Source: Phycisphaeraceae bacterium (GTDB lineage: Bacteria; Planctomycetota; Phycisphaerae; Phycisphaerales; Phycisphaeraceae). From it: a stretch of DNA of 64,000 nt. The position numbers and the translations under genes are program-made. The stretch covers positions 2,144,001 through 2,208,000 of the forward strand of contig OY771506.1 of assembly GCA_963674705.1 (NCBI GenBank), in the 5' to 3' direction. The number at the start of each line of letters is the position of its first letter. Within the stretch, counting starts at the first letter, position 1. Of this stretch, positions 57,959-64,000 are shown piece after piece. The notes under the pieces were generated by a model, which was given only the letters and a program-made list of their open reading frames with translations, searched no databases and was not told where the DNA came from.

Positions 57959-60562
57959 GTGAAGATGAAGCACATGACAGTCTTGGGCCGACGCATGATA
58001 TTTGTCGTCGGCCTGTATTGTTTGTTGAATAGCGTGCTGAGCGTTTCTGCCTGGGGCCAACTTACGGATAACGACTTCGATCGTGTCCGAGGCCTGCGTC
58101 AGGCTGTGGTGGGCAAGGTGCTTAACGAAGAGCTGAACGTGCAGTGGACGGCCGACGGCCGTTGGCTCTGGTACCGTGTGCAGGAACGTGGCGATAAGCA
58201 ATCCTTCTGGAAAGTAGATACCACCACCGGCAATCGCAGCCCCGCATTCGATCCCGAATCTCTAGCGGTGTTGCTGGAAGAACACTTCGGTGAACCGGGC
58301 AATCCGATCACGTTTGATCCACAGCGTTTACCTATTGAACGCATTGTGATCGATGAACACAACCATACCCATCTGTTCCTTGTTCATGACCGTGGTGTGG
58401 TGCGTATCGTGGTTCGTGACGGTAAGGCGGAAATCCAAGGGGCACAGGCGGATGATCCTTTCCAGACGCCGATACGTAAAGCCGGATCGGATATCCGTAG
58501 TCGCAATAGCTCAACCTCCACGCACTTGTTATTTACGAATCAGAATCCACATGCAGTGCGTCTGGAATGGGTTGACACGGCCGGTCAGTACCACACCTAC
58601 GCCACCCTCCCACCGGGCGAATCGCATCGCCAGCACACATTCGTTGGTCACGTCTGGCGCGTCGTGACCGAGGCCGATGGGCAGGAACTGCTGCGTATTC
58701 GAGCGCGGAGGACATTCGGCGTTGTTGTGATTCCGGGTGAAGCTGTGGCTGAAGATCAAACCGGGCAAGGCCAAGCTCGCCGCGAATCATGGTCGCCGCC
58801 CGATCGCGTCTCGCCCGACGGCAAATGGAGAATCGATATCAAGGACAACAACCTTGTTCTCATCGATCAGGAAACTGAAGAGACCTTTGCGCTAACGGAA
58901 AGCGGTACGCCGGAGAACACATTTGATCATCAGCTGTTCTGGTCGCCGGATAGCCGACGCCTGCTTGCTGTGCAGACGCAGATCGTAAAGCCACGCAAGG
59001 TTCATCTCATCCAGTCTACGCCCCCGGATCAACTGCAGCCGAAGTTGATTGACATCGACTACGCCAAGCCGGGCGATCCGATCGATAAACCGCGACCCCG
59101 GTTGTTTGATGTGGTCGAACGTAAAGAGATTGAAGTGGACGATGTGCTGTTTAATGAGCCATGGTCCATCAATCACTTCCACTGGTCTACGGATGGCTCG
59201 ACTTGTTACTTGCTTTACAATCAGCGTGGGCATCAGGTCATGCGAGTGATCGCCATCGATGCGTCGACCGGTGCGGTCAGAACCGTTGTGGATGAACACA
59301 GCGATACATTCATCGATTATTCGAACAAAACCTACCTGAAACACTTTGACGAAACTGATGAGTTGCTTTGGATGTCCGAGCGGGACGGTTGGAATCATTT
59401 GTACCTTATTGATCGCAAGACAGGCTCGATCGTTCGGCAGGTCACAAGCGGGCAGTGGTTAGTTAAGCGCGTAAATGAAATCGATATTACTGATGGACAT
59501 CGCACCGCAACGCTAACCATCCTCGGCCACCCTGCGCACAACGGGCAGGACCCATACTTTGAGCATCACGCTCGTGTCGATATCGATACCGGCCAGCTGA
59601 CCTTACTCACCGAAGGCAACGGTACACATTCGCTGACCTATTCACCCGACGGCAAGCACTATGTCGACAAGTGGTCTCGCGTCGATCAGCCGCCGGTGTA
59701 TGAACTGCGGCGAAGTGAAGATGGTTCGCTGGTGTGTGAGTTGTCGCGTGCCGATGAATCGGCGCTGCTTGATGTGGTTGGCAGATTACCCGAGCCATAC
59801 GTCGCCAAAGGCCGTGACGGCCAAACGAATATCTGGGGTGTGATCCATCGCCCGACCAACTTCGATCCAAACAAACATTATCCCGTCCTTGAACAGATCT
59901 ACGCCGGCCCGCACGGCCAGCACGTGCCGAAGTCGTTTTCTGCATATCACGGCGCGCAGCGTTTTGCGGAATTCGGCTTCATCGTCGTGCAGATCGACGG
60001 CATGGGGACGAACTGGCGCAGCAAAGTGTTCCACAATGTCGCCTGGAAAAACCTGAAGGATGCGGGCTTTCCCGATCGGATTGCATGGATGAAGGCGGCG
60101 GCGGAGCATGAGCCGGCGATGGACATCAGCAGGATCGGCATTTATGGCGGATCGGCCGGCGGGCAGAACGCCATGCGTGCCGTACTTGATTATGCCGACT
60201 TCTACAAAGCCGCCATGGCCGACTGCGGCTGCCACGACAACCGTATGGATAAGATCTGGTGGAACGAGGCCTGGATGGGATACCCCGTCGATGAAAGCTA
60301 CATCAAGAGTTCGAACCTTGAAGATGCACACAAACTCGGCGGGGCGCTGCTGCTGACCGTCGGCGCGATGGACAACAACGTCGATCCGTCTTCAACCTTC
60401 CAGGTTGCTGATGCCTTGATCAAAGCCAACAAGGACTTCGACCTGATCGTCTTTCCTTCGGGCGGCCACGGCTCGGGCGGCAGCGATTATGGCTGGCGTC
60501 GTACAGCAAAATTCTTTGTCGAGCATCTGGGTGTGCCGGAAGCTGCTGGTGGCACGGACTAA
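57959..60562 (+). CDS. S9B dipeptidyl-peptidase IV-like protease with VHL-beta-like insert
   Basis: YAGP, GGSAGG (Ser), DNNVD (Asp), GHG (His); DPPIV propeller. Confidence 0.92.
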   Translation: MKMKHMTVLGRRMIFVVGLYCLLNSVLSVSAWGQLTDNDFDRVRGLRQAVVGKVLNEELNVQWTADGRWLWYRVQERGDKQSFWKVDTTTGNRSPAFDPESLAVLLEEHFGEPGNPITFDPQRLPIERIVIDEHNHTHLFLVHDRGVVRIVVRDGKAEIQGAQADDPFQTPIRKAGSDIRSRNSSTSTHLLFTNQNPHAVRLEWVDTAGQYHTYATLPPGESHRQHTFVGHVWRVVTEADGQELLRIRARRTFGVVVIPGEAVAEDQTGQGQARRESWSPPDRVSPDGKWRIDIKDNNLVLIDQETEETFALTESGTPENTFDHQLFWSPDSRRLLAVQTQIVKPRKVHLIQSTPPDQLQPKLIDIDYAKPGDPIDKPRPRLFDVVERKEIEVDDVLFNEPWSINHFHWSTDGSTCYLLYNQRGHQVMRVIAIDASTGAVRTVVDEHSDTFIDYSNKTYLKHFDETDELLWMSERDGWNHLYLIDRKTGSIVRQVTSGQWLVKRVNEIDITDGHRTATLTILGHPAHNGQDPYFEHHARVDIDTGQLTLLTEGNGTHSLTYSPDGKHYVDKWSRVDQPPVYELRRSEDGSLVCELSRADESALLDVVGRLPEPYVAKGRDGQTNIWGVIHRPTNFDPNKHYPVLEQIYAGPHGQHVPKSFSAYHGAQRFAEFGFIVVQIDGMGTNWRSKVFHNVAWKNLKDAGFPDRIAWMKAAAEHEPAMDISRIGIYGGSAGGQNAMRAVLDYADFYKAAMADCGCHDNRMDKIWWNEAWMGYPVDESYIKSSNLEDAHKLGGALLLTVGAMDNNVDPSSTFQVADALIKANKDFDLIVFPSGGHGSGGSDYGWRRTAKFFVEHLGVPEAAGGTD

Positions 60563-60712
60563 AACCATTTGCATCAATTGTGACCGTCGTTGCCGCGGAT
60601 GCGAGAACCCACGTGGCCCATGAATCCAAAGACGTGGGGCCGCCCTGCACGAAGCTGGCGACAAACGGCAAACGGGTAGGACAAACGATGCAAATAGCTC
60701 ATGGTCTGGCTC

Positions 60713-60747
60713 TAGGACATCAAATATAACTTATATTAGATGTCCTA
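60713..60747. repeat. 33-35-bp palindrome copy 5
   Basis: TAGGACATCAAATATAA C TTATATTAGATGTCCTA. Confidence 0.92.
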
Positions 60748-60868
60748 TGCCCGGTATCAGTGGGGCTTTTAGGTTGTGGTTGTATGGTGCGTAAGCGGCT
60801 CCGTGCGGGAGCGTTGTGGTCGCCAGGTTTGCTTAGAGTGGATTCGGTACGCTCAGAATCGGCCGATC

Positions 60869-61312
60869 TTATTCGATCCCGATATCTTCATTCCAAAGGT
60901 CCGGGTGGTCGCGGATAAAGTCTTCCATAAGTTTGATACAGCGGGGGTTGTTGAGGTTGATCAACTCGACGCCGTGCTGTTTGAAGAGGTCCTCCGCGCC
61001 CATGAAGTTTTTGTTTTCGCCGATGATGATGCGCGGGATCTTGTAGAGCAGGCTGGTCCCGGTGCACATGATGCACGGGCTGAGCGTGCTGACCAGCGTC
61101 AATCGAGGCCAATCCCGCCGACGGCCTGCATTACGGATGCAGGCAACCTCCGCATGCGCTGTCGGGTCGTGCGTCTGCACGCGCAGGTTGTGCCCGCGTG
61201 CCACGACTTTGCCATCTGAATCGGCTAACACCGAGCCGATCGGCAATCCGCCTTCAGCTAGACCTGCTTCCGCTTCCTTGATCGCTTCGTCCAGTAGCGC
61301 CTGGTAGTCCAT
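60869..61312 (-). CDS. Nucleoside/cytosine deaminase (CDA fold)
   Basis: HAE and PCIMC zinc motifs; EGGLPIGSVL; WNEDIG C-terminus. Confidence 0.92.
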   Translation of the reverse strand: MDYQALLDEAIKEAEAGLAEGGLPIGSVLADSDGKVVARGHNLRVQTHDPTAHAEVACIRNAGRRRDWPRLTLVSTLSPCIMCTGTSLLYKIPRIIIGENKNFMGAEDLFKQHGVELINLNNPRCIKLMEDFIRDHPDLWNEDIGIE

Positions 61313-61427
61313 GATGCATCTATCCTCTTGGGGTAAGGTATCCGCAGAATAACAGAATGAATCCAAGTTCCAACCACTTCAGGCCTAACTTCAAATTCAA
61401 TGACCAGAATGAGGTATTATCCTGCCC

Positions 61428-62393
61428 ATGGGTATTTTGTATCTGATCCTGATCTCCGTCATCCTCATCTGGTTGCTCAGTGCGGCCGGGCTGGTGTATG
61501 CGTTGACTCATCCGCGGCGTAAGACTTTTGCCGTGGCATTGGGCAAGGGCGATCCCACGGACCCGGCTGATCTTGAACTGGATGCCCAAGCTGTGACGTT
61601 CTCGCTGACCGACAAATTGCGTACGCCCGGCTGGATCATCGAAGGCAAGCAACCGGCCGGGCCGACGATCGTCATCGTCCACGGGTTCGGTGACAGCCGA
61701 TATGGCGCGCTCAAGCGTTCGCCCCTGTGGCTGGACTTTGCACGCAAAGTTGTCGTCTTCGATATGCCTGGTCAAGGCGAATCCGAATCCCCACGCGGCT
61801 ACGGCGGGCTGCGAGAACCCGACGATCTGCTTGCCGTGCTCGGCCAGCTCGAACCTGACGACGCCAAACAGATCCTCCTGATGGGCGTATCCATCGGCGG
61901 GGGGATCGCGATCGCAGCGGCAGCCAAGGCAGAAGAGCAAGTACGGCAATCCATCCTCGGCGTGATCGCGGAGTCGCCTTACCGATACTGGGACCAGCCG
62001 CTGCACAATCTATTTAGGTACCGCAGATACCCGCGCTACCCGATCATCCCGCTTACGGGCGTTTGGCTTGGCCTGACCACGAAGGGCTTCAAAGACTTTG
62101 ATCGGGCTCATCATGCTGCGAAACTCGGCTGCCCGTTGCTGGTGATACATGGGTCGGAAGACGGATTGTGTCCGCCTCAAGCCGGCCGGGAGATTGCGCA
62201 GGCCGCGCCGGACGGGACGTACTTCCAGATCGATGGGGCCGGCCACGAGGACCTGCCTTTCGAGCACGAACAGGCTTACCGGGCCGCAGTTAGCGATTTT
62301 CTGCAAAAGCTTTGTGAAAGCGGAGGATCGGTTAAAATAGAAGGCTTGGCTGAGGCGGACCTGCAACCGACCCCAGACGGTTCGCCCATTTAG
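61428..62393 (+). CDS. Membrane-anchored alpha/beta hydrolase
   Basis: VHGF, FDMPGQGES, GVSIGG, HGSED, GAGH. Confidence 0.88.
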   Translation: MGILYLILISVILIWLLSAAGLVYALTHPRRKTFAVALGKGDPTDPADLELDAQAVTFSLTDKLRTPGWIIEGKQPAGPTIVIVHGFGDSRYGALKRSPLWLDFARKVVVFDMPGQGESESPRGYGGLREPDDLLAVLGQLEPDDAKQILLMGVSIGGGIAIAAAAKAEEQVRQSILGVIAESPYRYWDQPLHNLFRYRRYPRYPIIPLTGVWLGLTTKGFKDFDRAHHAAKLGCPLLVIHGSEDGLCPPQAGREIAQAAPDGTYFQIDGAGHEDLPFEHEQAYRAAVSDFLQKLCESGGSVKIEGLAEADLQPTPDGSPI

Positions 62394-62459
62394 CCCGACC
62401 ATCTTGATCGGGTCTGCTTTACTAGCCGGTTTTCATCGATTGTTTTCAGGAGATACCCT

Positions 62460-63368
62460 GTGGCCGCCTTATCACTGCCCGATCTTTCCAAATCACCCAC
62501 GATCGACCAGGTCGGTGTGGAGGAGCGGGCCAAACGCTTCCAGACACGCAGCATCAAGAAGGCCTCCAAGATGGACGCCCTGAAGATGGTGCTGAGCATG
62601 ATCGACCTGACCACACTCACCGGCCAGGACACGCCCGGCAAAGTCAAGCAGCTCTGCTACAAGGCTCGCCACCTGCATGATGCTGTTGCGGGCCTGCCGC
62701 ACGTCGCCGCGGTCTGTGTGTATCCGACGATGGTGTATGTCGCTAAAAAAGAACTCGACGGCTCGGGAATCCACATCGCTTCCGTTGCGACCGGCTTCCC
62801 GACGGGGCAGTATCCGCTCGATGTCAAACTCGAAGATACGCGTAAAGCGGTACAGGACGGCGCGGACGAGATCGACATGGTCATCTCTCGCGGTCGATTC
62901 CTTGCCGGCGACTATAACTACGTCTTCGATGAGATCGCACAGGTGAAAGAAGCCTGCGGGAAAGCTCATCTGAAAGTGATCCTGGAGACAGGCGAACTGT
63001 CCACCTACGACAACGTCCGCAAGGCGAGCGACCTGGCGATGCACGCCGGTGCCGACTTCATCAAGACGTCGACCGGCACGATCAGCCCCGCCGCGACATT
63101 GCCCGTCACGCTCGTGATGCTCGAAGCGATCCGCGACTTTTACTATGCCACCGGCAAGATGATCGGCATGAAACCCGCGGGTGGGATCAGCCAATCCAAA
63201 CTCGCCATCCAATACCTGGTCATGCTCCGCGAAACACTCGGCCAGGCATGGCTAAGCCCTGACTGGTTCCGCTTCGGCGCCAGCAGGCTTGCCAACGATG
63301 TACTCATGCAGATCGTCAAACAAAAGACAGGCAACTACCAGTCCGTCGACTACTTCTCGAATGATTAA
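62460..63368 (+). CDS. deoC: Deoxyribose-phosphate aldolase
   Basis: IDLTTL, GADEIDMV, LKVILETGEL, GADFIKTSTG, KPAGGI, RFGAS. Confidence 0.95.
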   Translation: MAALSLPDLSKSPTIDQVGVEERAKRFQTRSIKKASKMDALKMVLSMIDLTTLTGQDTPGKVKQLCYKARHLHDAVAGLPHVAAVCVYPTMVYVAKKELDGSGIHIASVATGFPTGQYPLDVKLEDTRKAVQDGADEIDMVISRGRFLAGDYNYVFDEIAQVKEACGKAHLKVILETGELSTYDNVRKASDLAMHAGADFIKTSTGTISPAATLPVTLVMLEAIRDFYYATGKMIGMKPAGGISQSKLAIQYLVMLRETLGQAWLSPDWFRFGASRLANDVLMQIVKQKTGNYQSVDYFSND

Positions 63369-63376
63369 TTTGGATT

Positions 63377-63550
63377 AACCACAGAGGCACAGAGACACAG
63401 AGTAAAACAAGAATATGGAACAGGGATGCACGCGGATGAACACAGATAATACGATAAAACGTGTGCGAGCGGCCTCTTCCTATCCGTATTTATCTGTGTT
63501 CATCCCTGTTAATGAATTGGTTTTCTCTGTGCCTCTGTGTCTCTGTGGTT
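63377..63550. repeat. Nested inverted-repeat element (CAGAG outer arms, GAT-periodic inner arms)
   Basis: 63377-63402 pairs with 63525-63550 (24/26); 63419-63448 pairs imperfectly with 63481-63510. Confidence 0.88.
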
Positions 63551-63569
63551 CAATTAGAATGGCAAGGAT

Positions 63570-64000
63570 ATGACCCAGACAGACACACCCAAGCTGAACT
63601 TTGATACCGACTGGTCCTACGAGCCTGCGCCTGAATCGGTGCCGGTGCAGATTGATGACCGGTACGGTTTATTTATTGATGGCAAGTTTGTTGAGCCTGC
63701 GGAAGGCAAATACTTCGACACGATCAATCCCGCCAACCGTAATCGTCTTGCTGAAGTTGCTGAAGCAAGCGACGCGGATGTTGACAAAGCTGTCAAAGCC
63801 GCACGCAAAGCCTACGACAATGTCTGGTCGAAGATGCCCGCTGCCGATCGCGGCAAGTATCTGTATCGCATCGCTCGCATCCTCCAGGAGCGTGCCCGTG
63901 AGTTTGCGGTGATCGAAACGATGGATGGCGGCAAGCCTATCCGTGAATCGCGCGATATCGATATCCCGCTCGTTGCGGCCCACTTCTTCTATTACGCAGG
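63570..64000 (+). CDS. Aldehyde dehydrogenase family protein (5' part, runs off window)
   Basis: My translation: MTQTDTPKL...GLFIDGKF...TINPA...DVDKAVKAAR...ETMDGGKPIRE...HFFYYAG. Confidence 0.9.
   Translation, partial: MTQTDTPKLNFDTDWSYEPAPESVPVQIDDRYGLFIDGKFVEPAEGKYFDTINPANRNRLAEVAEASDADVDKAVKAARKAYDNVWSKMPAADRGKYLYRIARILQERAREFAVIETMDGGKPIRESRDIDIPLVAAHFFYYA

Overview
This is a GC-rich bacterial chromosomal segment, most likely from a planctomycete of the Phycisphaerae type. That call is an inference from PEP-CTERM proteins with 'GLDDLDIVLxNWN' dockerin-like tails, a LEPR-XLL-like secreted protein, a sulfatase and ftsQ/ddl without ftsA/ftsZ. It carries housekeeping genes (purC, pheS, purD, fhs, greA, ddl, ftsQ-like, trpB2, purH-like, deoC), carbohydrate enzymes (GH43, GH31, GT4, sulfatase), tRNA-Pro(CGG), tRNA-Val(GAC), an AbrB/Doc toxin-antitoxin pair and two giant paralogous repeat PEP-CTERM proteins. 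The most striking unexplained signal is a 33-bp AT-rich palindrome, AAGACATCTAATATAA(G/C)TTATATTAGATGTCTT. One degenerate copy covers the promoter of an orphan ArsR-family gene, three more lie in the 1-kb non-coding region behind it inside a degenerate composite repeat unit, and a fifth with a compensatory base change lies about 37 kb away between convergent genes. Other points of interest are a lone secreted T4-type lysozyme, a (CCCCCAA)12 tract, nested 'CAGAG' inverted-repeat elements and a TetR/DUF2339/B12-radical-SAM locus. All calls come from motif recognition by eye; no database searches were run.
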